A DNA stretch of 64,000 nt from Macrostomum lignano (lineage: Eukaryota): the NCBI GenBank assembly GCA_002269645.1, contig NIVC01001340.1, forward strand, positions 186,001 to 250,000, given 5' to 3'. Positions within the stretch are counted from its first letter, which is position 1. Each line of letters starts with the position of its first letter. The position numbers and the translations under genes are program-made. Under the pieces are notes generated by a model that was not told the origin of the DNA, made no database searches, and was given only the letters and a program-made list of their open reading frames with translations. This document shows positions 24,706 through 36,761 of this stretch, one piece after another.

Positions 24706-26210
24706 AAAGAGTTGAGGTCACAAACCAAGAAGATAAGGTCACGACCCGAAAATTTAAGGTCACGACTCGAAAAGCTAAGGTCACGACTCGAAAAGTTAAG
24801 GTCACGACTCGAAAAGTTAAGGTCACGACTCGAAAAGCTAAGGTCACGACTCGAAAAGCTAAGGTCACGACTCGAAAAGTTAAGGTCACGACTCGAAAAG
24901 CTTCACGACCCGAAAAGCTAAGGCCACGACACGAAAAGCTAAGGTCACGACCCTAAAAGCTAAGGTCACGACACGAAAATATAAGGCCACGACACGAAAA
25001 GCTAAGGTCGCGACCCTAAAAGCTAAGGTCACGACCCGAAAAGCTAAGGTCACGACCCTAAAAGCTAAGGTCACGACCCGAAAATATTGTATAAGGTCGC
25101 GACCCGAAAAGATAAGGTCACGACACGAAAAGCTAAGGTCACGACCCTAAAAGCTGAGGTCACGACACGAAAAGCTAAGGTCACGACACGAAAAGCTAAG
25201 GTCACGACCCTAAAAGCTAAGGTCACGACCCGAAAATATAAGGCTACGACACGAAAAGATAAGGTCACGACCCGAAAAGTTAAGGTCACGACCCTAAAAG
25301 CTAAGGTCATGACCCGAAAATATTTTATAAGGTCGCGACCCAAAAAGATAAGGTCACGACACGAAAAGCTAAGGTCACGACCCTAAAAGCTAAGGTCACG
25401 ACCCGAAAATATAAGGCCACGACACGAAAAGATAAGGTCACGACTCAAAAAGATAAGGTCACGACCCGAAAGGATAATGTCACGACCCGAAAAGTTAAGG
25501 TCACGACACGAAAAGCTAAGGTCACGACCCTAAAAGCTAAGGTCACGACCCGAAAATATAAGGCCACGACACGAAAAGATAAGGTCACGACCCGAAAAGC
25601 TAAGGTCACGACTCAAATAGCTAAGGTCACGACACGAAAAGGTAAGGTCACGACCCGAAAATTTAAGGTCACGACTCGAAAAGCTAAGGTCACGACTCGA
25701 AAAGTTAAGGTCACGACTTGAAAACTTAAGGTCACAACTCGAAAAGCTAAGGTCACGACTCGAAAAGCTAAGGTCACGACACGAAAAGCTAAGGTCACGA
25801 CCCTAAAAGCTAAGGTCACGACCCTAAAAGCTAATGTCACGACCCGAAAATATTGTATAAGGTCGCGACCCGAAAAGATAAGGTCACGACACGAAAAGCT
25901 AAGGTCACGACCCTAAAAGCTAAGGTCACGACCCGAAAATATAAGGCCACGACACGAAAAGATAAGGTCACGACTCAAAAAGATAAGGTCACGACCCGAA
26001 AGGATAAGGTCACGACCCGAAAAGTTAAGGTCACGACACGAAAAGCTAAGGTCACGACCCTAAAAGCTAAGGTCACGACCCGAAAGGATAAGGTCACGAC
26101 CCGAAAAGTTAAGGTCACGACACGAAAAGCTAAGTTACGACCCGAAAAGCTAAGGTCACGACCCGAAAAGATAAGGTGACGAACAAAGAAGCTAAAGGTC
26201 ACGACCTGAA
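24706..26210. repeat. 21-bp minisatellite (AAGGTCACGACCCGAAAAGCT)n filling Coronin-7 intron 7
   Basis: Read directly. Confidence 0.95.
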
Positions 26211-26218
26211 AGCCTCAC

Positions 26219-26539
26219 CTGGAACAGCTGATCGATGACCCGAGGCACGGCAACGCTGACCGTCTCCAGGGTGCCCTCGGCAGTGAGCCGGAACCCACGC
26301 GCCACCTCCACGCTGACGGCATCAACGGTGCGCTTGGTGAGCCAGGCGGCGGCCACAAGGACGCGGGAGTCACGGTGCTCGGAGCCGAGCAGGGGCGCCA
26401 CTCCGCAGTCCCAGCCGACGGTCAGATGGGCCAGGGTTCGATCTCCGCGCGACCAACAGGTTACCAGGTGCAAATCCGGATCAGCGGACAGACTGAGCGG
26501 CGCCGTGCCGCCGTCAGTGAAGTCGGCGCATTCACCGAC
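26219..26539 (-). CDS. CORO7: Coronin-7 exon 7
   Basis: CAG/GTGAG boundaries, 107 codons. The segment WLTKRTVDAVSVEVAR...VSVAVPRV is coronin-like. Confidence 0.85.
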
Positions 26540-26925
26540 CTGCGAGAGCGGAGCAGATTATATCGCAGATGACATCATGACGGAAGCTATATTTAGATGA
26601 TGACGTCATAGCTAGCTACCTATATAATAAACAATAAAGCTTAGGGAAGAGGGCTTGGAAGCTGCCGCAAAATCAAAGCGACGGTTCGACCCGCAGAGAG
26701 CGAGGAGGCAAAGCAGCCGTGTCCATTCCGCTGCCCCCTGAGCACGCGCTCACACAGAGTGTACAGCGGCCCTGGCTCTCGTCGCTGTACACCCTGTGTG
26801 AGCGTGTGTTCGCCTGTGCGTGCCTGCGTACAGTATTGGCGCGCTTTTCAGCGGAATAGGCAGAATGTCGCCTTTAGCAGTAAAATAAAGGAAACTTAAA
26901 ATGTCTATTGAAACAGGACACCCAC

Positions 26926-27389
26926 CTGTTTCCACGGCTCGCCCTCGCCGTCGCCGTCGCCAAGGCCGTCCAGACGCACCAGGGCCAGTCGCCTCGCGGC
27001 TACATTGCTGGCAGCGAAGCCGCTGACCAGAGCCGCTCGGCCGCTCAGCACGGAGGCGAGGCGGCCGGCCCGCAGCGGCTGCTTCAAGCCAGCAACAACA
27101 TTGGGACTCGAACTCCAGACCCCAGTGCCAGATTCGCGGGACAACGCGTGCAGTCGTCCGTCTCGACCAAGGAGCAGCAGTTGCCGGCCGCACTGGGTCC
27201 AGCAGGCGGCTACCGCTGGCGACGGAGCTGCGGACACGACAGCGGCAGCGGAAGCGTCGGCGAGATTCCACAGTCGGACTTCGCCGTCGGCGGCTACGCT
27301 GGCCAGAAGGTCGGAGGCGCGCGGATGCCAGGCTAGGAGGAGGGCGCGGACGGAGTGACCGCGGAGTCGCTGATGACGATCAGAGGCGG
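26926..27389 (-). CDS. CORO7: Coronin-7 exon 6
   Basis: WD40 repeats (LRGHSVRALLLAWHPRASDLLASVAADGEVRLWNL). Phase-consistent splice sites. Confidence 0.85.
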
Positions 27390-27469
27390 CTGAAGAAACG
27401 ATGGGAGATGCTTTTTATAATATGACGTCACTAGAACTGATGTCACAATGACGTTAGTAGTTAAAAACA

Positions 27470-27625
27470 GAAAAATAGATTATCAGTGACGTCAGTAGCT
27501 AAAAATAGATTAACAGTGACGTCAGTAGCTAAAAATAGATTAACATGGCGTCAGTAGCTAAAAATAGATTTACAGTTACGTCACTAGCTAAAATTAGATT
27601 AGCCGTGACGTAAGTAGCTAGAAAT
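27470..27625. repeat. About 30-bp intronic tandem repeat containing TGACGTCA
   Basis: GACGTCAGTAGCTAAAAATAGATTAACAGT repeated about 5 times. Confidence 0.75.
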
Positions 27626-27877
27626 AGAATCTTGATATGAACCAAAATCTAATCTTCCGACCTTGAAAGTCAAAACGTCAGAGCATTATTAACTCCGTAA
27701 GATGAGGAGACTATTGCCAACTTACTATAAAAAGACTTCTACGACGTCATTTAAACACTATAATATATATGTTCTTGGAACGTATTCTAGTTACAAATAA
27801 TGTATATTTAGGAAGCTTGTAAAATATCTGACTATACCTCGGTAAACTAATAACTAATTACTAATAAACCGACTAAC

Positions 27878-28595
27878 CAGCATCTCCTTCCGCTTCATCT
27901 CCGGCGCTCCAGTCGACTTCGCCTTCGTTCACAGCCTCGGCGCTGTCCAGGCGCCACACGCACACGGCGCCGGTGTCGAGCGCCACGGCCAGTCGGTCGC
28001 CGACGTCGCTGCCAGCGTCGAACGGTTCAAAAGCGACCGCGGTGACGCCAGCGCCTTCGTGTCGAAGCAGCCGACGGCCGGGCAACGAGTCGATTCGACC
28101 GCCGGCGGCCGCCAGCCTGACTGGCAGGACGAGGACCCGGCCGCCCGGCCCGGTCACCGGCAGCGCCACCCAGCGATCGTTGGCGGCCAGCGGCTCAGCC
28201 TCCGGCGGCAGGTCCAGCTTCATCAGCTGGCGCAGCTCGGTCAGCCAGGTGCTCCGCTGGCCGATGGCGGTGGCGACGTTGCGCAATTTTATAGCGCGCT
28301 CCGAACCGCTCAGAGAGCCCACATGAGGCGATGACGTCACAGCCGACGATGATGACGTCATTGATGACGCAATCAATGCGGATTCGCTGCTTCCCATTAT
28401 TTCCGAATCTTCCTCTTTTTTACTACTGTCAGCAGTAGTCTGGCTGGCAATATAATTCTCGGAGATTTTCTTGGCCGGATCCAGCGACTCCAACGGCGCC
28501 TCGGCCGTCCGGCCGGTCAGCCAATCTGCCGGACGCATGGCCGGCTGCCGGCCCGGACAGTCCGGAAACAGGTCCGCGTGGAAACTGGACACAGT
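27878..28595 (-). CDS. CORO7: Coronin-7 exon 5
   Basis: FHADLFPD motif and start of the second beta-propeller (VTAVAFEPFD...RLAVALDTGAVCVWRL). Confidence 0.9.
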
Positions 28596-28680
28596 CTGTA
28601 CGGGGAGAATTCAGGATAAAGTCTTTACTGTCATTCCAGCCTCTCTATTAGCAATGCTAAGATAAAAAGACAATGCGCAC

Positions 28681-28829
28681 CTTTCTTGGCACACGATAGC
28701 TGACCAGTCGGACCGACTTATTAGTAACCATGGCAACACGATTTACTTCGCACCGGCCAACGTCTAGACTGAATTTATCGACTAGGGCCAGGTCGAGCAC
28801 CTGCTCATCGGGCAGCAGGAACCGATCGC
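28681..28829 (-). CDS. CORO7: Coronin-7 exon 4
   Basis: LDVGRCEVNRV...VSYRVPRK coronin motif. AG/GT boundaries. Confidence 0.85.
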
Positions 28830-28900
28830 CTGAAACACACGATAGAATGAGAGACTGAATGCACTTAGAGAATACGCAAGCAATTTCCAAGAAAACATAC

Positions 28901-28964
28901 GAATGGCAAAACTCGGCCGATCATCTGGACCCTCCAGTTCGGCGAATGTCACAGACTCGTCGCC
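28901..28964 (-). CDS. CORO7: Coronin-7 exon 3 (64 nt)
   Basis: GDESVTFAELEG. Required for phase, with TTCAG/GTATG boundaries. Confidence 0.7.
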
Positions 28965-29129
28965 CTGAATAATTGCGAGTGAATTTACTAATTAGATTGC
29001 CAACTGCATGTGCAAAGTGAGAATCTGAAACAGATCAACTTCTTGACCTGACACTTCGACGCATCATCATATCTACATCCAAAAACTTTTTAACCACTCC
29101 AACTTGCCGCCATAAGCTACTCCACATAC

Positions 29130-29395
29130 CCTCATTATCTACCCCCTCCATCTACCCTGCATCTATCCCCCTCCATCTAACTTCCCCTCCATCTACCTAC
29201 ACCTAGCCTCCCCCTCCATCTACCCTCCATCTACCCTACATCTACCCTCCCCCTCCATCTACCTGCACCTACCCTCCCCTCCATCTATCTACACCTACCC
29301 TCCCCATCCATCTACCCTACCTCTATCACCCTCTATCTACCCTACATCTACCCGCCTCTATCTACCTTACATCTATCCTCTCCATCTCCCCTCGC
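29130..29395. repeat. Degenerate (CCCTCCATCTAC)n repeat in Coronin-7 intron 2
   Basis: Read directly. Confidence 0.85.
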
Positions 29396-29414
29396 CTCCA
29401 CCAGCCGCGCTCAC

Positions 29415-30121
29415 CGGGGCAGCCCAGAACAGCATGCCGGTGTGCCAGTCCGCTAGCAGCTTCGCCGGCTCGCCGCCTCGCCGTCCCGCCCTGCCGAGCG
29501 ATTCGCTGGCAAGCGCCGGCGCGGCGGCGACCCCGGCAGTTCGCGGATCAAACAGGCCGAGCCGGCGCTCCCTACCAGAAGAGTCGAAGCCGCTCAGAGC
29601 GATCAAAGGCGACCCGCCGCCTCCCCCGCCTCCACCGGGTCTCTGCAGGCAGCGCGCCAGACTCGGCTGCTCCGCTGACATGCCTGGCGCTTTCCAACTG
29701 GCGCCAGATGCTGACGAAGCCGGCGCTACCCGCGGATCCCACAGCCGGACAGCGGCGCCGGACGACACGGCCAACTGGCCGCTGTCCGAGGTCCAAGCGA
29801 CCGAATGCAGCTCGCCAATGCCGACATCCGCAATGTCCAACACGGACTTTCCAGCTTCCACATCGATGAGGCTCAGCCTAGGCGAGGAGGCGCCACAGGC
29901 GGCCAGAAGGTGACCAGCTGAAGGCGAGAATTGCAGCCGGCTGATCGGCAACGAGCCGGCATCGATGAGTTGGCGCAGCTGCACAGCAGCAGCGGAGGAG
30001 TCGGGCTTCGGCGAAGACACGGACAGCAGGGCGAGGCGGCCATCGGCTGTGGCTGCCGCTGCCAGTGTTGAATCGTCGTCGGCGGCGCTGAACGGGCTGA
30101 GCTGCAGGTCGGACAGCTGGC
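29415..30121 (-). CDS. CORO7: Coronin-7 exon 2
   Basis: WD40 repeats (LSDLQLSPF, LQFSP, LHSVAW...VRLWDPR). Confidence 0.9.
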
Positions 30122-30269
30122 CTTTTAAAAAAAGGCGATAAATAATCAAAACCTGTTCATGATTGCGCTTGTAAAATTTGTTTTAGCCTACTTACAGTAG
30201 GTGAGTAGTACATAATTTTAGGCTGTGCTCTAGAAAATTTCGAGCGTTAACTCTAAGGGTAGTTTCAGT

Positions 30270-30685
30270 TTTAGCATCAGATTTAGCTTCAGGTTTAGCT
30301 TCAGGGGTAGCTTCATGTGTAGCTGCAGGGGAAACTTCAGGCGCAACTTCAGGTGCAGCTTCAGGGGTAGCTTCATGTGTAGCTTCAGATTTAGCTTCAG
30401 GGATAGCTTCAGGTGTAGCTTCAGATTTAGCTTCAGGGGTAGCTTTAGGTGTAGCTGCAGTTGTATCTTCAGGGCGTTCAGGGCCCCGGCTTTGCGGAGA
30501 GAAGAACTAGCTGAATTGAGGCGCCAGCACCAGAGGCGCCAGCACCAGAGGCGCCAGCACCAGAGGCGCCAGCACCAGAGGCGCCAGCACCAGAGGCGCC
30601 AGCACCAGAGGCGCCAGCACCAGAGGCGCCAGCACCAGAGGCGCCAGCACCAGAGGCGCCAGCACCAGAGGCGCCAGCACCAGAG
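30270..30685. repeat. Two adjacent repeats in Coronin-7 intron 1: degenerate (AGCTTCAGG..)n and perfect 15-bp (GAGGCGCCAGCACCA) x11
   Basis: Read directly. Confidence 0.9.
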
Positions 30686-30756
30686 GGGTTCCGAAAGCCA
30701 CTGTTCAAGAATAGGACAGATACAAATAATAAAATATTCACTAGGCCTAATCTTAC

Positions 30757-30985
30757 CCGATATTCCCCCGGCAACTGAGACGGGCTGCAGAGAGGCTGCC
30801 TCATCGGCCAGCTGCCACAAGCACAGCCTGGAGCAGCTGGTTGCCAGCAGGACTCCGCGGTTGCAGGCAACGAGCTCGGGACCTTCAGTGCAGGCGGCCA
30901 GTCCAATCTGAGCAAATTTAACAGCTTGAGCCGGCTGCTCGGCAGCTTGGGCATTCTTGTACTTTGAGACCGGTTTGCGCCACAT
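30757..30985 (-). CDS. CORO7: Coronin-7 exon 1
   Basis: MWRKPVSKYKN resembles the coronin N-terminus (RF..SKFRH). Donor GTAAGA. The eight exons sum to 3033 nt (1010 aa + stop). Confidence 0.85.
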
Positions 30986-31189
30986 GATGTCTGTGCTTCA
31001 CTACTGTCAGTAATGGATTTATCAGCTCAACAGATGCTGCTACAGCAATAAATACAGATTGGCTTTATTTATTTGGGTTTGTGACTGAAAAAGTTATTCG
31101 CTCATTTATTGCAATAGTTTGCTATTTCAAAATTGATCACCTGCAAGTTGAAACGCTTGGAATAACGCTAACTGCTACGATAGACAGAC

Positions 31190-32330
31190 AGAGATAGAGG
31201 CAGATGTGTAGACTGAAAAAAACAGACACACAGACAGCAGACAGTCAAAAACAAACAGACAGCAGGCAGTTAAAAACAGACAGACAGCAGGCAGTCGAAA
31301 AACAGACAGACAGCAGGCAGTCGAAAAACAGACAGACAGCAGGCAGTCAAAGAGAGACAGCAGGCAGTAAAAAACAGACGGACAGCAGATAGTTAAAAAC
31401 AGACAGACAGCAGGCAATCAAAAAGAGACAGCAGGCAGTAAAAAACAGACAGACAGCAGACAGTCAAAAACAGACAGACAGCAGACAGTCAAAAACAGAC
31501 AGACAGCAGACAGTCAAAACTGACAGACATACAGTCAAAAAAGACATACAACAGACAATCAAAAACAGACAGACAGCAGACAGTCAGAAACAGACAGACA
31601 GCAGACAGTCAAAAACAGACAGACATACACTCAAAAACAGACAGACAGCAGACAGTCAAAACCGACAGACATACAGTCAAAAAAGACATACAACAGACAA
31701 TCAAAAACAGACAGACAGCAGACAGTCAGAAACAGACAGACAGCAGACAGTCAAAAACAGACAGACATACACTCAAAAACAGACAGACAGCAGACAGTCA
31801 AAACCGACCGACATACAGTCAAAAAAGACATACAACAGACAATCAAAAACAGACAGACAGCAGACAGTCAGAAACAGACAGACAGCAGACAGTCAAAAAC
31901 AGACAGACATACACTCAAAAACAGACAGACAGCAGACAGTCAAAACCGACCGACATACAGTCAAAAAAGACATACAACAGACAATCAAAAACAGACAGAC
32001 AGCAGACAGTCAGAAACAGACAGACAGCAGACAGTCAAAAACAGACAGACATACACTCAAAAACAGACAGACAGCAGACAGTCAAAACCGACAGACATAC
32101 AGTCAAAAAAGACATACAACAGACAATCAAAAACAGACAGACAGCAGACAGTCAGAAACAGACAGACAGCAGGCAGTCAAAAACAGACAGACAGCAGGCA
32201 GTCGAAAACAGACAGACAGACCGCCAAAAACAGACACAAGTAATAAGCAAACAAACAGACGGACAGGAAGACATAAACAGACATACAGACAAACAGGCAC
32301 AGACAAGAAGACATACGCAGACAGGCAGCC
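31190..32330. repeat. CAGA-rich minisatellite with higher-order repeat
   Basis: Variants of (CAGACAGTCAAAAACAGACAGA). Confidence 0.95.
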
Positions 32331-32844
32331 ATGCACACAGCAGTGAGGTTCCTAACGGACCTACTGGCACGTACACTGGCATGAACAGAATATTAACAGA
32401 AGTCTATAAAAATGATACAAAACACTACACATAATTTTGTAGATCACATCCAATTCTGTGGCAAAATCGGAATCAAATTTTTAAGCCACAGAACCGCGTG
32501 CTCCACTTTGGAAAAGTTTATTCCCTTTTTGAGGAATTAAAAAAGTGATAAATTATAAAAACAACACAAACCTGATAGGTGATGCCTACCCCAGACGAAC
32601 AATTAAGGAAAGACGCAGAATAGGTGCAAAAACAATTACAAATAAACCATTACAAATGGTAATAGCAATAAAAAAATAATTGAATCACAACATTATCCAA
32701 AACGCATGCATCTATAAACCTAGACAATTCTATAATTCCAGGCACAAGTGGCAAAAATCGGCAATGGGAATTCCTTTCACGTGGAAGAACAGAACATGAT
32801 TTTACATTTCCAGTAAAATTAATTACTCCAGACAAGCAGACATT

Positions 32845-33245
32845 ACAGGAGACAGGCACACAACTCAGTCACTGAGCCGCTCACCCAGGAAGTGTTCACA
32901 GGAGACAGGCACACAACTCAGTCACTGAGCCGCTCACCCAGGAAGTGTTCACAGGAGACAGGCACACAACTCAGTCACTGAGCCGCTCACTCAGGAAGTG
33001 TTCACAGGAGATAGGCACACAACTCAGTCACTGAGCCGCTCACCCAGGAAGTGTTCACAGGAGACAGGCACACAACTCAGTCACTGAGCCGCTCACTCAG
33101 GAAGTGTTCACAGGAGACAGGCACACAACTCAGTCACTGAGCCGCTCACTCAGGAAGTGTTCACAGGAGACAGGCACACAGCTCAGTCACTGAGCCACTC
33201 ACTAAGGAAGTGTTCACAGGAGACAGGCACACAACTCAGTCACTA
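32845..33245. repeat. 53-bp tandem repeat, about 7.5 copies
   Basis: ACAGGAGACAGGCACACAACTCAGTCACTGAGCCGCTCACCCAGGAAGTGTTC. Copies start at 32845, 32898 and onward. Confidence 0.95.
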
Positions 33246-33924
33246 AGGCACTACTTAGCCACAGTAATCACTTATTGAACATAGAAAATAATGTATTTAG
33301 TAGAAAATAAGATATTTCAAACACAGATTATGGCATAAAGGATTGCAAAAATAGCATATATATAGAGGCGTGTTGGAACATCCGAGCTATCTGGATAAGG
33401 GCCTACTATTAGTAGTAGGCTAACGTGGAGGAAACATAAAACAAACTTGGACCAATCTGGTTTTCGGTGCATTGATTTGGCTAATCAAGCAGAAATATTG
33501 TATAATGGAACATCAAACTAATACGAGTTCATCATCTTTAATTCGTTGCACGCCTCAACCATGCACACGGAGAAGCAGAGCTGATAAGCGCACCGCCTTA
33601 CTCAGATTGTGCAGCTGCAAATATATTGTATTCAAGTCTATTTTACAGAAAAATTATAGCAAATAAAATCAAATTAGTTGCTTCATTAAAACACAGATTT
33701 GCTATAAACATGATATAAAGTGTACCAGTTTCGATAACAACGAATAATAACTGGTGGCTTACGGTCAATAATACCCGTAGGCAATTATACTCATAACCAA
33801 ATAATGGGGAATTAAAAACCAACAATAGCATTTTTGAAAATTCGTGCATATATTAGAGGGTGACTGAGTAACGTGTTCTCAAGATTACATGTTTGAGGTT
33901 ACAGAACTGAGGCTGCATACTTAA

Positions 33925-34718
33925 AGCTACCTGAGGCTACCTACCTGAGGCTATCTAACTGAGGCTACTATCTGAGGCTACTACCCGAGGCTACGTACCT
34001 GAGGCTATCTACCTGAAGCTACCTACCTGAGGCTACTACCTGAGGATACCTACCTGAGGCTACTACCCGAGGCTACGTACCTGAGGCTACCTACCTGAGG
34101 CTACTATCTGAGGCTACTACCCGAGGCTACGTACCTGAGGCAATCTACCTGAAGCTACCTACCTGAGGCTATCTACCTGAAGCTACCTACCTGAGACTAC
34201 CTACCTGAGACTACCTACCTGAGACTACCTACCTGAGGCTACGTACTTGAGGCTACCTACCTGAGGCTACTACTTGAGGCTACCTACCTGAGGCTACCTA
34301 GCTGAGGCTACCTAGCCGAGGCTACCTACCTGAGGCTACCTACCTGAGGCTACTACCTGAGGCTACCTACCTGAGGCTACCTAGCTGAGGCTACCTACCT
34401 GAGGCTACGTACTTGAGGCTACCTACCTGAGGCTACTACCTGAGGCTACCTACCTGAGGCTACCTACCTGAGGCTACCTACCTGAGGCTACGTACTTGAG
34501 GCTACCTACCTGAGGCTACTACCTGAAGCTACCTACCTGAGGCTACGTACTTGAGGCTACCTACCTGAGGCTACCTACCTGAGGCTACCTAGCTGAGGCT
34601 ACCTACCTGAGGCTACGTACTTGAGGCTACCTACCTGAGGCTACTACATGTACTTGAGGCTACTACCTGAGGCTACCTACCTGAGGCTACCTACTTGAAG
34701 CTACGCACTTGAGGCTAC
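33925..34718. repeat. (CTACCTGAGGCTAC)n minisatellite
   Basis: Read directly. Confidence 0.95.
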
Positions 34719-34868
34719 TCAAAATGATTTCCGAAGTGTTTCAACTGAATTTCTAACTCAAGCATTACCAGTTTCAACACTATAAATTTATGCTATTGTT
34801 GACAAGAGATTGTTGACAAGAGAATCGTCATCAAGAGACATGAAAAAGTCAGTAGCCGCAGCACTATA

Positions 34869-35340
34869 CTACGCATCAGGCCTCCGCTCAACGCTGCCGT
34901 ACCCGTTCGGGCCATCATTCTTAGCGGCCAATTTTCTACGCTGCCCAATCCTGACTGGCAGCAGGCAGAGCGTCAGCAGGAAGGCCACAGCAGCGAAGCC
35001 GCCAATGCCGAAGCCCTCAATCTCGCGGAAGAACTTCATACAGATATCGCCGCCAGGTCGCATATGCGGCTGCGTGTGCTGCACAATCCAAACCGTCACT
35101 CCATTAGCCAGCTTGTCAACTAAGCTCATACAGCCGTAGACAAACGCTGAGCTATCCCTGTCCGGGCCAATCAGATCCGCTGTCAGAGACATGGACATTA
35201 TCATGATAATTGAACTGCCAATGCCCAAGGACAATGCCGGGAATGCTAACTGCCATGGCGTGACCGTGTCGGGCTGCACCAGGTAGGCACTGGCTGAGAA
35301 GCCGCCAATCAAAGCCAAGCCAAGCAGGTTGGCCACTTTG
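34869..35340 (-). CDS. MFSD12: MFSD12-like MFS transporter exon 3 (last)
   Basis: SMSLTADLIG...SSAFVYGCMSLVDKLANG matches MFSD12. Acceptor CTGCAG, phase 2. Confidence 0.85.
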
Positions 35341-36105
35341 CTGCAGTTTGAAATTAATTAATAACCCAACAAGTAGTTAAGCCAAGCACCGGTGTAGATA
35401 CGGATGAATGCCAAATAAATTTCAATTCTTCTCAATGTCAGAAATGAAAAACTATAATCTATAATATCAATAATTGCAAGCAGGTCTGTGGACTAAATCA
35501 AGCGAAGACAGTAACAGTAAAGAACGGGGCCAGGCTCGATTCCAAGTGCAGTCACATTAATTTGGGACTGAATTGGAATCTCGGCTTGGCTCTGCTCGTG
35601 CAATTAACGGCCTTAAGAGCCAACCCCCCAAGGCGCAGTGAAGTGTACATGCCTAACGATAAAATAAAGTTATGGCCGCTGTACACTCCTGTGTGTGTGC
35701 CTGCGTACGTATCTGCGCGCTTGTATGCCTGCTCAGGGGAGTCGGCGGAATGGGCAGTAATGCCTCTCGCCGGTTGTGTGCCTATGTCGCTTAGTGTACC
35801 AGGGTGCACACAACCCCCCTGCCTCTAATAAAAAAAACAGTAAAGAACGGATACAAGTGCACCAATAAAAATTTGACCATTTTAGCGACTCTAGACCTAC
35901 GAGATTTCACGGTACAAGTCGTCAAAGAGTCGACCAAATGTCAATTTGAAACGTTTTATTGACTACATGAGTCAGAAACGACTCCGGATACGTAGAGTTG
36001 TGTTTGAAGCGCACGCACGGGGAATGGTGGTATAGCGTCAAACTCAGACGTGTTAAATGCTGCAATGTACTTAAAACATAGGATAATAAATTTTCTCGGA
36101 CTCAC

Positions 36106-36761
36106 CGGTTCCTGCCTAGAGCGTGGCAAGTCTCAGTCAAGACGCTAGTAAGCATACTAACAAAGTACACAACTAAAGGCACAATAGCAATCCAAGCCTT
36201 GTGCAATCCGAACGATTCTGTAACCAGAAGCGGCAGGTAAACTTGAGCAACATTAATTATCAGCCGGGTGAGCATGTACAGAGTGCCGATGGCATAGAAC
36301 TGTGGCTCCTTTAGCCAGTCCAACGAGAGCATCTTGGTACAGGCAGCGGTGGACGCTGAGCTTGTAGCAGCTGCTAGCGGTCGATCCTCGACGCCGTCAT
36401 CGACTTCCTCTGCGTCATTGATGCCGGCGCGATTGTCGTTGACTTCGACTGTTGAATTTGGCACCTCCTTTAGCACGAGATGAAACAGCAGGGTGCACAG
36501 GCTGCCAAGACTGCAGACTATGAATACTAAGTAGCGAAAACTCTCGGCATCAGCCGGACTCAGCTGGCCTGAGTCGTCGTCCTGCTTGCCAGTTTCAAGT
36601 TCGTTAAATTTCAATAGTAGAAATGCGCTGAGGTACACAACAATATTGCTGGCCACGGTGAAAGCGAATCGGATTGAATTTAAACGAGTCCGTTCAGTGT
36701 CCGTCTCCGCTAGTTGAGGTATCAACGACAGGTGCGAATTTTGGACGGCGGCCCAGCCAAA
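36106..36761 (-). CDS. MFSD12: MFSD12-like exon 2
   Basis: FGWAAVQNSHLSLIPQL, LNSIRFAFTVASNIVVY and YMLTRLIINVAQVYLP motifs. Confidence 0.9.
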
